Source of the DNA: Tricharina praecox
Taxonomy: Eukaryota
DNA: 64,000 bases
Direction of reading: 5' to 3'
NCBI RefSeq assembly: GCF_024521635.1
Contig: NW_026250409.1
Coordinates: 62,001 to 126,000, forward strand
The notes under the pieces were generated by a model. The model worked only from the letters and a program-made list of their open reading frames with translations. It made no database searches and was not told the origin of the DNA. Positions 11,046-24,459 of this stretch are shown here, in pieces. Every line of letters starts with the position of its first letter. The stretch's first letter is position 1. The position numbers were made by a program, and so were the translations under genes.

Positions 11046-12430
11046 ACTCTGTTTTTTTTAATACGGTACGAGAGAATCATAAGAATAATCTGTTTATGAT
11101 GTTTGTAGGTGAACGAATCTTGTACGATTAGGAAATGCTTGATTGAGGCGTATCTGGATGGGAAGAAAGAAGAAAAAAAAACGCATGGAAATGCGAAGGG
11201 AAGGATGAGGGGATTGTATATTGTTCAGCATTGAAAATATGGTTCTCTCCCATCAAGCTAATTAATCGTTCATATCACAGGCAGTCCGATGCTTTGCAGT
11301 GCAGTGACACCTGCCGTGTCCACTCCACTTACTCCGTAGAGTACAGACATATAAACGGTCGCCCCATCGCGGAACGTCCAATTTCCGCCCGTGCCCGTCG
11401 TGTGCACTGTGCATCCCAGCCATTCCATTCCGTATGATATCTGCCATTCATGCGGACTATCTAACCACCCGGCTTTGTAAGCAGCAGGGACAACGTGATT
11501 TCCGAGCTCGATTACGTGTGTAATCACTGTATGTACAAGTTTTCGTACAAAGTTTTCTCCCTCCGCGGACTGCGGCGGCGGCGGCGGGTGACAAATATTT
11601 TTCGCCGGTTATCGAGGCCCCGCCCACCCACCCCCCGCATTCGGGTGCGGGGGAGAGAGCGGCGGGCGGGGACGAGGGGAGGGGGGATCTAACGCGCACC
11701 GCTATCTTCGTTCGTTCGTGGCTTGTGAATTTAATTTCGACATATCTAGCGACACGACACGACGGGCGGTTGATGGGGGGCAGGTTATCTGGAGATTGTA
11801 AATATATAGAGCGTGAGGTGGCCTGGTGGGACGGGATTGCGCTGCGCTGCTGGTGACATGAGCGGAACCTCGATTCTGACAGCCTGACAGACGGCGCGGC
11901 AACGGTTCCGCTCTCGAGTCTCGAGTCTCTCTCTTCCGCCGTTCCCTTCGCTCCCCCGGCTGACTGGGTTTTTGGTTCTAAAAAAAAAGAAAATAACTTT
12001 TTTCCATCCTACTCTAGTCCCTAGTGTTTACCCCACCATGCATGCGCCCGCCTTGTCCTGTCTTGTCTTGTCTTGATCACCAATCATGAAACCACGCACG
12101 GCAGGCTGGTTATCGCCGTGAGATGGATGGATGGATGGGCCAGTTCATGCGAAGCAGAGGCGAGAAGAATATCTACCACTTAACTTAACTACCCTCGCAC
12201 TCCTCGCACTCCCCTCCCCCCCCTTCCTCCCGTCAACTTGAAGAGTCTCTGCACCATCGAGCTTTTCTACATATCGTCTACCTACTGAATCCGGAGGTCC
12301 GCGCCGTCACACCCACCACCACTCCCTCCCTCCCTCCTGAAAAACTTCGACTCCCCCGGGACATATACATACATACCACGCACCCACTCCTCCGGCCTTG
12401 CTCGCGACATACCCACAACCCCCCGCCAAC

Positions 12431-13308
12431 ATGACGTCCACACAATGCATCCTATCGACAGGCAACATCATGACCTCGGCATCAGAGATCCTCCGCTCCT
12501 CAGCGATGTCCTCGTCGAGCACGGAGCTCATCACCTCTTTACGCAGCCACATCCGGTCGTCGCCTTTATCCCCTCCGCCCTCACCCTCTCTCCCGCCGAA
12601 CCCCGCGCCGCTCTACATCCCACTCCCCCCGACACCGGAGCCGCTCTCGGAAGACCGGGCGGAATACGACGTGACAGTGAAGCTCTTCCTGAGCACCACT
12701 TCAGCAACGCCGTCTCACATCCGCGACGCGGTGAAGCGGGTGCTGCGCACGCTCGCCACTGACCGTATCGACCTGCTGATCCTATCGCTGCCGGGGATCT
12801 CGTTCGACGCGGAGGACGCGGCGTCGTCTGCCGCCGAGGTGGACTTGTGGGCGCGCACGTGGGCGGTGCTGGAGTCGTTCCCGTCGATTGCCCGGCTGGG
12901 GATCAGCGAGTTCGGTACTGCGAGGCTGGCGCAGCTGCTACCGCGCACGAGGGTTAAGCCGGGGGTCGATCAGATCAATGTAAGGGATTGCTGTGTTGTG
13001 CCAAAGGAGCTTATACTGTATGCGAAGAAGGAGGGCATAGAGTTGCTCACGCATAATGACTGCTCCGATATTCTGCCGAAGGAACGGCTTAGGGAGGTCC
13101 TCGTGGATGAGTTCGCGCTCGTCGCGGCGGGGAAACAGGTTGATCCCACTTGGGTCGTCAAGTACACCGCCGTCATTAGGTCTCGCGGCGTCGTGGAGAA
13201 TAAGGGGTGCGCGTTCACCCCCCGACCCCCTACCTACCCACTGGTTCTGCACTCGTACTGACATTGATATTGACACGCAGATACATCGCAATGGCGGAGA
13301 TTCACTAG
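12431..13308 (+). CDS. GCLM: Glutamate-cysteine ligase modifier (regulatory) subunit, aldo-keto reductase fold; intron 13207-13280
   Basis: LSTGNIM start, YDVTVKLF, LGISEF, DQINVRDCCVVP.ELI.YAK..GIELLTHND, WVVKYTAVIRSRGVVENKGY. Confidence 0.9.
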
Positions 13309-13315
13309 AGCTTTG

Positions 13316-13353
13316 CTACACCTACCTACCTACCTACCTACCTACCTACCTAC
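13316..13353. repeat. (CTAC)n microsatellite just after the GCLM stop
   Basis: Directly visible. Confidence 0.9.
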
Positions 13354-14408
13354 ACTGTTTCACGAGGGAGGGAGGAGACGGATTTTTTTGGTTTACCGGA
13401 TCGGATCGGATGGCGTTACTGTTACTGTTTTGAAATACTTCTTGCCGATGTTAGTTATTCGATTGTTTATTTTTTCCTTTCTCCAGGGCAGCGATGGATC
13501 GATTGGGTTGTTGCGGTTGGGTTGTTGCGGCGAGCGCGAGCGGACTGGGGACTGGATGAGTGCGATGGGTGCCGTGAATTTTGTTTGTATTGTACTTGCT
13601 GTTTTTCGATCGAACGAATTCATAGAGTTTGGCTATCTACATACATCCTACTTACACAGAATTCCGGTGGTCGGCGATGACGGTGGGGGAGGGGCGGCTG
13701 TCGTGATTTCACGACTTGCTGGTGGTACATGGTGTCCCACTGGCCAGTCGATCCGCTGCAACTGTCTCGGGTATATGTAGGAGGCACCTTGTACCTGTGC
13801 ATGTTCATACATAGCTTGGCTTGATCCCTAACTAGACGTCATTCGACGCCGACGCCGATGTCGACATCGCGAAGCTGCACGTAGGTACCCGACACAACCG
13901 TACATACATACCATGGAACCCCCCTCCCCCCTCACTCGGAACCTCACACGCCCAACGATGCCTGGTGCTACCCACACACGAGTCAGGCTGCGGGCTGCGG
14001 ACACCCGTCGGCACCGGAGCAGGAGCCGACGCCTGCCTGACTGCACTGACTGGCTGCACGCAATTGGGACTGGGACTGGGACTGGGAACCGCTGCTGCTG
14101 CGAGCGCTAGATTCAACCTTCAACCTCCGATCGCACGTACCGTATGTATGCACACAGCGCCGACGATGAGGGAGCCGTGACTCGTGAGCGGTAAACACCC
14201 GTTCGTTGCACCAGAGTACCTACGGGCAACCCGCAACTCGTAACTCGCAACCCGCAAACTGCAAACTGCAAACCGCAATACTTCAGCCTGTTTAAAATTA
14301 TTTTATGTATGATACCTAGTACAATGAACGCAGCGATCTAGTAACACCGCCGTAATCTCCACAAGTACCGTACTCTGTTATACACGACCGCATCGTCGTC
14401 GTCGTCGT

Positions 14409-17400
14409 CTAATCACTCAGTAAATCTCTTATATCATCCACGCGTTGCTATCGGTACCGTCAGCCAATCCAATCTCCACATCCGGCAGCACCGGGAAAAT
14501 CTCCCCAAGGGGGGTCGACAAACCCGTTTCTTCTCCTCATCCGTCATCATGCCGAGCGAGCTAGCAATAAACTTCTTCTTCGCCTGAATCTTATTGACCA
14601 TTCTCTCCTCGACGCTATTCTCGACGACGAAGCGGTGTACCGTGACGGGCTGTGTCTGTCCCATCCGATGAACACGATCAATCGCCTGCGCCTCTATGGC
14701 AAAGCTCCACCACGGATCCATCATGAACACCGTCTTCGCCTCTGTAAGGTTCAGTCCGACGCCGCCGGCCTTGAGCGAGAGCAGCAGCACCATCTCGCCC
14801 TCGTGCTTGCGGAACGTCTCGATCACGTGTTTGCGCGCGAGCTGCGACATCGAGCCGTCGAAGCGGACGAATGGTATGTGCTCGCGCGCGAGCATCGGCT
14901 CGATCAGGTCTAGGAAGCTGGTGAATTGCGAGAATACCGTGCATTTGCCCGCCGGGTCCGTTTTGCGCAGGTGCTTGAGCTTGTCGAGGAGCGCAGTGAT
15001 CTTGGCCGATGAGTGCGCGCTGTTGACGCGGCGGAGGAAGATCTGCGGGTCTGACTCCGAGGAGGAGGGCGGCGGTCGGATCACTTCGAAGATGTCGCGT
15101 TCGTTGATGGGTGCGCGGCATGTGGGACATAGCGGGAGTTTCTCTTGTGCGCGTTCATGCTCAATGAAGGACAGGAGACAGTCCCGGCATGCGGCATGGA
15201 AGCAGTCGGTTACGGCTTCGTTTTCTAGTGGTTCCGAACAGCAGATCGGACATTCATGGCCAACTTCTTCTTTGATCTGCTGAAGGATGTGTGCGCCATA
15301 GGAGCTGGCGTTGGTCTCGCTTTCAGTTGCTTCGGCCGTGAAGCGGTCGAGGAGGGCGTTGAGGTCCATGTCGTCCGCCAGACCGTTGGCGGCATCGTAA
15401 GCGGCTTCGGCTTCGAGTTCGTCTTCTACCACATCTTTTCGACGGATCAAGCTGGGGTGACAGCAGGATTGCCGGAGACGTAGAATTTGAGCCAGGATGG
15501 TGGTGTAGGACTTCATCACCGTTCCGGCCTATCAGGGTCAGCGACGAAGGTATCAATATGGATGAGGGACACATGCCTCTAGGTTATGTTTAAACACCCT
15601 CTTCACGCGGTCCTGAATGTGATCATAAACTTCCCTCTCCTTCTTCGACAGCTTGACTGTCTCAATCACAACGGACTTGGGCGGCAAAGGAACCAACGGA
15701 TCTCCGTTTGGCAGCTTCATGTCCTTAGTCCGCCGAAGAACCAGTGGTTCCAAGACTGTTTGCACCACATCCAAAGCCTTCACGAATTCCTTGTTCTCGA
15801 AGGGAGTTGTGATGAATGTCTTCCAGAAAGAGAAGCTCTGCCAAGGGTCCACACGCAGGAATCGCACAAGACTGAACAAGTCTTCCAACCGGTTCACAAT
15901 CGGAGTTCCAGTCAAGGCCCATCGGTGCTCAGCATGCAGCTCGTAGCAGGCTTTGGCGGTCTTGCTCAACCGATTCTTGATGTGATGTGCCTCGTCAAGA
16001 ATAATCCTGTAGAAGCAAACCGAGAAAAGGCCACCACCCGAACTCCCGTTGCTCCCGGCTCTGGTAAGCTGTGTGTATTCCGAGAGCACCGTACCGTAAC
16101 TGGTGATAACCACATCCGGGCCGCCGTCTGAACCCAGCAGCGTTTGCAGATTTGCCTTTTTCTCATTGCCGTAGTACACATACGGTTTCAAGGTCCCTTC
16201 TTTAGAGGCAGCTTCGGTTTCAAGTTCCCATTGTGATAGCAAACTCATCGGTGCCACAACCAGGGTTGTAGAAATGCCGCCCAGGATGCCGTGTACGGAC
16301 TTTCTCGGTTTGATGTCCTTGTCCAGTTGGTTGGTGTGAATCAGACTCAGCATCTCAACTAAAATCGGGTCAGTCATTGAAAATCGAAGTCGGACGGGAG
16401 ACAAACTAGTCTTTCCTAGACCCATCTCATCAGCTAGAATGCCGCCGAGACAGTTCTGCTCTTGTCGTGGGAACTCTATCGACAGTTCACCGGAGTATGG
16501 GTTCACGTAAAACACATTGAATCCCTCAACCGGTGGGATGTCTTGCTCGTCCTGGTCCTTGACAGGCCAGAGATACTCTTCCCAGAGTGGATGCATCGTG
16601 GCGTTTTCCCGGTCGGAGTGGTTCTTCTCCTTGTTCACCAACCAGTGGAGGGCTTGCTTCTGGTAGGGGCGGAGGTCCAGCGCGAACGTATCTGCCGGAT
16701 CGGCCTTGGGGGAGTCGAAATCGAAAGATTGCGCCTTTTCTACACACACGAGAACAGTCAGCACTCATCCATAGCTTGATGCAGAGTAGAGACTTACTAT
16801 ACAGGGCATCCAACTGATCTTGCTCGAGTTCTTTACCCTCCTCGGTCTCATTCGATTCGGATTGTGTTCCTTGCTCGGCCTGTGCCTTATCACCCCCACT
16901 CTCCACGAGCTCAGCAGACTGAAGGATAGCAGACCTTTTGTGTTTCTGATCGATCCCAACGCTCTTGACAGGTTCTAATCCGAGCTCAGCGAAAAGCTTT
17001 ACCAACCCCACCTGTCTCAACCGAATCGCCTTCTCATCTTCTGTTTCTTTGGGGGCAAAGAACTCCACAGGGCTATCGCTATCTACCGGCGGCAACTTCC
17101 TTACGAACGCTTCACGCAGCATGTAGCACCGCACCTGGAGGTAGACAGTATCATTTGTACGTAGTTTCTCGGGCGCATAAACACACGTGCCCTCAAATGT
17201 GCAAATCTTCTGATCGATCAGCGTCGACACGAATTCCGCCGTCTCCTGCGGAAGCCGCCCGACTTCCTGTCCCTGCGGATTGTTGAAGCGCACGACGATG
17301 TCTTGCGTCTTGCGGCGGGCCATCGTCGGCTTTTTTACTCCCTGCGGCTTGCCCGTGAGTTTCTGCCGCTCGATCATCACGTTTTGCCCGTGCAGGAGCA

Positions 17401-18040
17401 GGTTGCTTCCGCTTCGTGTGGCCCAGCCTCCTACGCCAAATACGCCAAGGTATCGCTTTGTCGGCTGTCCGTCCAAGCCAGCGGTAGAGACCTCCACTTT
17501 CCGGGGGCCAGTGATACTGCTACCACTATCGCTTTTCGTTGCTGGGGAGACGTTTATTGCGGACGAGACACGTTTTCTGGATGAAGATTCCGATGCCAGC
17601 ATAGGTTGCAGTGATCCATATGCACTCGATTGTGCGGGAGCTCGAACGGCGTTCCACGAGCCATCGAAGTACCTGCGATAGTAAGCGGATCCGAAAGGCA
17701 TATGAAGCGTCAACGAAGGTGAGGTATTACATGTTGATAGCTAGGACACCACCGTTAGCGCACAACAACAACGCTGAGCATCACCGGCACCCATACCTCT
17801 CTCCATATTCCCACCAGAGACGTCCTTCAAACGCTTCAAATCCTTAGCTGGAAGCTGTTCTCCAATTATCGCGGATATCATCGCAGGATCAAAGTCGCCT
17901 CCGGTTGCGTGGCCATTGCCGTGCACTGCAGCCGGCGCAGCCGCAGGACCTGGATTTCCGTTTGGAAGATATGTCTTATTCGCCGAATCGTGCTGATCCC
18001 GCTGAACTCGTCTCTTCTTTGCGGGCGGCGTATCGGACAT
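14409..18040 (-). CDS. RAD5: DNA repair protein Rad5 (HIRAN, SNF2 ATPase, RING). Introns 17741-17796, 17673-17730, 16740-16797, 16359-16406, 15529-15576, 14448-14523
   Basis: HIRAN (IVVRF...EVGRLP), [40 protein letters not shown]...CFH..C..C...CPTC, FSQFTSFLD, MDPWWS.A.E.QAIDRVHRMGQ. Confidence 0.96.
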
Positions 18041-18102
18041 TATCGTGGGGAACGTGAAGGTGCGGGTGTGGTTTGCGGAGCTCGCGGATTGAGTGGTGGC
18101 TG

Positions 18103-18134
18103 ACGCGACTTTCGTCGGTTGCGAGGCAACGCGT
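18103..18134. promoter_or_regulatory. MCB-like (ACGCGT/ACGCGA) elements upstream of RAD5
   Basis: ACGCGA at 18103 and ACGCGT at 18129, 60-95 bp from the ATG of a DNA-repair gene. Confidence 0.45.
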
Positions 18135-19848
18135 TTATGGGTTTTTTTTTAGCGTGGGCATCCATGCGCATTACGGCATGGTCTGGTCGTTTCATTGCTT
18201 GGCGCGTTGGGTCTCGGGAGTCGGGGCAGCAGCAACTCTCCGACTTTCACCCCGCTACCAACGGCTCTCCCGTATGTACACCCCAGAGTCCAGATCGGCC
18301 GGAGCATTCTGTTCTATTCGCTTCCTGCAAATAACACGGCAGAGGACGACGTTATCGACAGATGGAGATGCAGAGGACGACAATGCCTGTCGACGGATGG
18401 AGACACAGCGGTCGGCATGTCGACTGGTGCAAATATCGCCGGCAGATGCGATATCTGCATCTACAATGCGAACATATGTAGCCCGTTGCGGCGCTTGGAC
18501 TTTGGAGGCCTGAATTCTTAGCAGCGTTGCGGAGGATAACTAGCCTTTATCGTCAATCAGGCACCAATGAGGCTACTTTCTGCGTGACAAGGGCGGCACG
18601 ACGGTTCGGAGAGAGATCACCGTTCACTTCAAAGTTCAGCCTGGCAATCGGTATATCTGGACCCGTGGTGGGTGCCTGGTGTTTCATGCTTATATCTACG
18701 CATTGTTAAACTGCCGCTGATTAACTCAATGGATCTCGTCAAGCCAATACCAGGTATGGAGCATTGCTTGGTTTGTTCGATCTCATTATCTATGTACTGG
18801 CACCCGCGTCCCATCGGTTCGTGGGTCATCCGTGAGTGCAATCTTTGATGCCTTGTATCAGCACTAGAAGCTTCGTGATGATCCGCGCCAGCCGCTCAAT
18901 CGGCTCTTGCGTTAACACCTCAGGCAGGCAGTGCTAGCGAACACGAAGGGAGCTGGTGAGTTCGGTTTCAAGACCGATTTCCGCCTGGGCAAGACATGAT
19001 CGATGGGATTATGGGCGGCCTAAAGGCTGGACAACGGATGGAGCTTGGCCGGTTCAGTCGCTTGGCTGTGGGGTTACTATTGGAACTGTGATTGTTTTCG
19101 TTTGCTTTCCCTTTGGCCTTTAGGTAGAGGGGCGATGGTGTTGAGTTCCGGTTATCAAATCTTCTATGCTTGACTGTTGGCAAACAATCCAATTGAAGTT
19201 TTTTTGAGCGAACAAAGGCATGCTGTTTCAAAGCCCGCTTTCTCTCCCATTGCGCCAATTGCTATTGCGGTAGAGGTTTGTTTGTTCTTGTAATTGCATA
19301 AGCGATTGCTTCAAGCGCGGGACCGTCTGCCAGGCGAGATCCGGCCGCGGGGAGAGAAGGAGTTATAGGTCGTGACGTATATCAGTACCTTATGTAGGTA
19401 GTCACCAGACATCAGAGGTCTCCTGAAGATTTTCAGTTGGTGACGATAGAAAAGCGAGACTGACTGCGGTCATTTGTGTGTAAGAAGGCCAAGTAGGCAG
19501 AGTGAGTCTGTGGTCCGATGCATAGCCCGGAACGGGTCACTGCTACTAGGAAGCTGCAGTGGTGCTCACAGCTCCACTCCAGCTTTGAGTCACCATCGAA
19601 TTCCAACTCAGTCACCGCCCCCCTCCCATCTCTTCTCATCGTCGCTGTTATATAAACGCAATCCCTCCTCGCGCCCCAGTTACTTCGAAATCCTCCCACC
19701 ATAGCCTCCCTACCGAGATCTACCTCCTGCAGCATCTTCCAATTGCTACGCGTCGATTACCTACCCCGCAGAGTGACATCAATCCACTCAGCTGGGCGTC
19801 TGCAACTCCATTCCTCCACTCCCGAATACTAACTTTTACCTCCGGCAA

Positions 19849-21988
19849 ATGTCTAAATTCGTGGACAAAGCGATTGCCCACGAGCGGCGGCGCGCCGGCG
19901 AGACGGCATTGAGCGACTTCGCCGAGTACGTTGAGAAGCAGCAGCAGCAGCAACAGCGACGCCGGCAGCCTAGTATAACGACCGGCGGCGAACCATCGAA
20001 AACAGCGGCGAATGACGATCACGATGAGCTCGACATCCTCGAGACGCTAGGGCTGTCGGACGAGTCGGAGCAGGTGAAGCTCAAGGGCCTGCTGCTCGAT
20101 GCTACGGACGAGAGCCGAAAACGACTGAAAGAGCTGCTTGATACTCGGATTAACGAGGGACGGGGGGAGACGCTGTTCGATATTGGCCACGAGAATGATG
20201 GAGAGTCGATGGGGTTCACGAAGGAGGACTACGAGGTGGCGCTTGCGTCGATGAAGGCGGCGGCCAAGGAACTCGGCGCGGGGGTCACTGTGCTGCTCAC
20301 AAAGAATACCGGCGCTCCAACGGATGTGGAGTCCACGTCGAAAGATGTCTGCGCCAAAGCCATGGTACGGCGGCAGCCGCATAGCATAGACGAGCTTCTT
20401 GAGATCCGGGTGGCAGTGGTCGGAAACGTGGACGCTGGCAAATCCACTCTGTTGGGTGTACTGACGAAAGGAACCCTCGATGACGGCCGAGGGCGGACAC
20501 GAGTGAATCTTTTCAGGCACAAGCACGAGATTGAGTCCGGCCGGACTAGCTCTGTTGGCATGGAGATTCTGGGTTACGATGTGGATTCGAATATCGTGGT
20601 GAGTGGCGATCCTGGCCGCAAGCTCAAGTGGGAGGAGATTGGCCATCGCTCTGCCAAAGTCATCGGCTTCACCGACCTCGCTGGACACGAGCGATATCTA
20701 CGGACTACGGTCTTCGGCCTGCTCGGAACGTCGCCGGACTATGTCATGCTCATGGTCGCGGCCAACAATGGTCTCATCGGCATGTCCAAGGAGCACTTGG
20801 GCATCGCAATGGCCCTCAACGTTCCAGTACTAGTGGTCATCACCAAAATCGACATCTGCCCGCCCCAGATTCTGCAGCAGACCATAACACAACTGACCAA
20901 AATTCTGAAATCCCCCGGCGCAAGAAAGATTCCGATCTTCATCAAGAGCAAAGAGGAAGTGATCAACACGGCAACGCAATTCGTCAGTGAGCGCATCTGC
21001 CCTATCTTCCAGGTCTCAAATGTCACCGGAGAGGGCCTAGACTATGTCCGAACCTTCCTCAACATCCTGCCTTTCCACGGGAAGTTCGATTCAGACGCGT
21101 CCTTCGAGTTCCACGTCAACGACTGCTTCTCGGTGCCGTTCGTCGGAACTGTGGTCTCCGGCGTGGTCAAGAGCGGCGTCATTCACGCCGGAGACAACGT
21201 CCTCGTTGGACCCGACAGCCTAGGCAACTTCATGTCGACCACGGTCAGATCTATTGAGAGGAAACGTCTGCCGGTGCCGGTCTGCTCGGCGGGTCAGAGT
21301 GCATCTTTCGCGCTTAAACGAGTGCGCCGGAAAGACGTACGCAAGGGAATGGTGGTCTTGCCGAAGATTGAGGGCGTCACTCCGAAAGCGTATTGGCAAT
21401 TCACTGCCGAAGGTTTGTTCCCACAAGACCCGCCACGCCTCCATTGAATTGTGACTAACGTAGAGTGTAGTGTTGATTCTGTCGCACGCAACAACCATCA
21501 AGCCCAAGTACCAGGCGATGCTGCATGTCGGGCCAGTCAGCCAGACCTGTAGAATCGTCGCCATCGACCGCGACCTTATGCGAACAGGTGACCGGGCATC
21601 TGTAGTCTTTGAGTTCTGCCAGCGCCCGTGAGTACAATCCCACCCCAGCAACCCGTAGGCAGCAGCTGACGTGAGCACTAGTGAATTCCTCTGCACCGGC
21701 GACAAGCTACTATTTCGTGAGGGCCGAACCAAAGGTCTGGGCATAGTGACGGCCACCGGCTTTGACAAGCAGAAGTTCCCGAATGCAATAATGGACGAGC
21801 GTGACGGCAAGGAGGAGAAGGCCGCGCTTAAGGCGGAGACCCGTACTGCCGCCTCGAAGGCCGAAGCATATGCCAAGGGTGCCGCTGCGAAGGCTGAGGC
21901 CCAAGCCAAGGGTGCCGCTGGGAAGCCTGAAGGCCATGCCAAGGGTACTACGAAACATGAGGTACGGAAAGAGGTCGGGAAAACATGA
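19849..21988 (+). CDS. GTPBP1: GTP-binding protein 1/2-like translational GTPase; introns 21413-21470 and 21628-21681
   Basis: RVAVVGNVDAGKSTLLGVL, LDDGRG, RHKHEIESGRTSS, DLAGHERYLRTT, TKID, FREGRTKGLG. Confidence 0.93.
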
Positions 21989-22382
21989 TGTGATGTGGCC
22001 TGTTTCTTGAGTTCTTTGGAATTTTGGTTTGCGTTGTTTTGCGTTGTTTTTGCATTGTTTTTCTTATGTTAGCAATTTGTACTTTACTGTAGGTGCGAGC
22101 ATTGTGGTGGCGCGAATCTATGTTATGTTCTACAGGGGACGAATGGGTGGAGTCAATTGATGTTGGCGGTGTCCAACGTATTCTGCAATGTCCTTCACGA
22201 ATGAAGCCCAAAGCTGAAGCCTTCTCATGATTCCTCACCAAATATGACTCCCACCGCGCCAAGTCCATCCACCGCATACAGCCTAGCTTACTCTTACAAA
22301 GACGCATTACCGCTACCATTTCGTCATACCTCATCTCTCCCCCAGCACACCCACCGTCTCCCACCCCACCCCACCGCACGCG

Positions 22383-23435
22383 ATGATACTCCGACACTTC
22401 CTACGGCGCTCGTTCAACTCCAGCAGTACCTCACCCACGATCACCAACCTCTCCGCCACGAGATCACTCCTGCACCTGCACGGCCCCGACGCCGCGAAGT
22501 TCCTACAGGGCATAACCACCTCGCAACTCCTGACGCCTCCACCCACCGGTGCAGTCTACAGCGGGCTCCTGACCGCACAAGGGCGGGTGCTATTTGACAC
22601 GTTCATCTACCCAGCGAACACCTCTGCCGCGTGGCGCGCAAGCCTATCACAGAATGAGGACCCGCAGGATCCTGCATTCTTCATCGAGGCGGATGCGGCA
22701 GAGGTGCTGAAGCTCAAGGCGCACCTGCGACGGTACAAGCTGCGGAGCAAGGTTGCCATCCGCGAGGTCGAGGACTGGGGTGCCTGGAGTGTGTGGGACG
22801 GCTCCGCCGCCGCCGGGGATCTGGGCGGTGTTGATCCGCGCGCGCCCGGCTTCGGCGCGAGGGTGGTGCTGCCGGCCGGCGCAAGGCCGCAGGGGGAGGA
22901 GGTCGGCGCCACGGAGTATATGCTCAGGCGAATCATGTACGGAGTTGCCGAGGGCGCGAGGGAGATTGTCCCCGGCACCGCGCTGCCGCTGGAGAGTAAT
23001 ATGGATCTGGCCCATGGCGTGGATTTCCGCAAAGGTTGCTATGTCGGCCAGGAGCTTACGATACGCACGAAGCACACGGGTATCGTAAGGAAGCGCATAC
23101 TGCCGGTGGCGCTGTACGCTGCTAGTGAGGCGCCGCCAACGACATTGGAGTATACAGGAGGCGCGCCGCAACCGGAAGTGGGCGCGGATATTCGAAATAT
23201 TGGAGGGCGCAGGGGGAGGCCCGTCGGGAAGTGGTTGGATGGGCTTGGGAATGTCGGCTTTGCGCTGTGTCGGTTGGAGCCTATGGCGGGGGTTGTGCTG
23301 GAGGACGGTGTAAAAATCGAGGGCGAGCATGCGGAGAGCGAGGAGGTGGGCGAGTTTAGGGTCGGTGAGGAAGGGGAGAGCGAGATAAGGGTCAAGGCTT
23401 TTGTCCCGGCTTGGATGGGGCTTCAGACGCGGTGA
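22383..23435 (+). CDS. IBA57: Mitochondrial Fe-S assembly factor Iba57/Caf17 (YgfZ family)
   Basis: GPDAAKFLQG, L.AQGRVLFD, YKLRSKV, signature KGCYVGQEL. Confidence 0.94.
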   Translation: MILRHFLRRSFNSSSTSPTITNLSATRSLLHLHGPDAAKFLQGITTSQLLTPPPTGAVYSGLLTAQGRVLFDTFIYPANTSAAWRASLSQNEDPQDPAFFIEADAAEVLKLKAHLRRYKLRSKVAIREVEDWGAWSVWDGSAAAGDLGGVDPRAPGFGARVVLPAGARPQGEEVGATEYMLRRIMYGVAEGAREIVPGTALPLESNMDLAHGVDFRKGCYVGQELTIRTKHTGIVRKRILPVALYAASEAPPTTLEYTGGAPQPEVGADIRNIGGRRGRPVGKWLDGLGNVGFALCRLEPMAGVVLEDGVKIEGEHAESEEVGEFRVGEEGESEIRVKAFVPAWMGLQTR

Positions 23436-24459
23436 TGCCTTTTAAAAATGGAGGAGGAGGAGGAGGAGGAGGAGGAATCATGGTTTTGTGTACCAGTTAC
23501 CCATTCTATGACGCTACTAGTAATCATGGAATAAATCATGTTGCATCACTCGGTTAGCGAGTGATTGTCAGTGACAAAAAGCCAGTACCTAGATCAACAG
23601 TCCATGAGGCGAGCTTTATTACTTCTGATCCGAAAACTCCTTACGGCGAACAAATGTAGAAAGTTTTTGCGAAGAGGAAGAGATGGTAACCTGATAGGTA
23701 TGTATCGATTGCGGTTGCAAGTAAATGTGTGATGTTGAGTCATTGTTGACTCAGAGGTACGAATGGCAAATTCTTGATTGGTGAGTCAGTAGATTGAGCG
23801 GTAATGCGATCCATGTGCTGATACGGGATGTTACTGTGTGATTTATGTGATCGGTAACCCCAAGAGCTCAAGACGGTGACTTATGAATAGATGATTCAAC
23901 GCCGAGTCGGAGAATTTTAAGCCAAGGGTATGACACCAACGTTCCCACTCTACATAGTATAATAGCACAGATTATAGTAGATAGACACAATAGAACCCAC
24001 CGTGTGAGAAGAAATTGAATTAGTACATGGAATTGTGGTCTACAGTTGATCTGGTCGATGGTATATACTTAGCGAGTCGCGCTCGGTAATGAGGCCATCC
24101 GTGTACAAAAAAAACACCATGATTTATTCAATCGTCTCAATCTACTGTAAGACAAGAAAAACTAATGCCGCCACCCGCTGTAGTTCCATCCCATGTACTT
24201 TCAAACGTAAGCAGAAACACAATTCGTTCAAATCTCAAACTAAAAGCAAACACGATCGTATGAAGCCCCAATTGATCGAAACCCACCCTAAAATATCGCC
24301 CTCAGAATTCAAACGTAGAAATGCATCAGCCAAACCATTCAAACGCCATCAAGAAATGCAAGAAGGATATGAACTATGTAGGCCCGCGAGCAAACTTCCG
24401 GATTTCAGTCAAGTCCGCCCAAAGAAAAGCTAGGATCAGTTAGGATCCCATGGCCCAGT

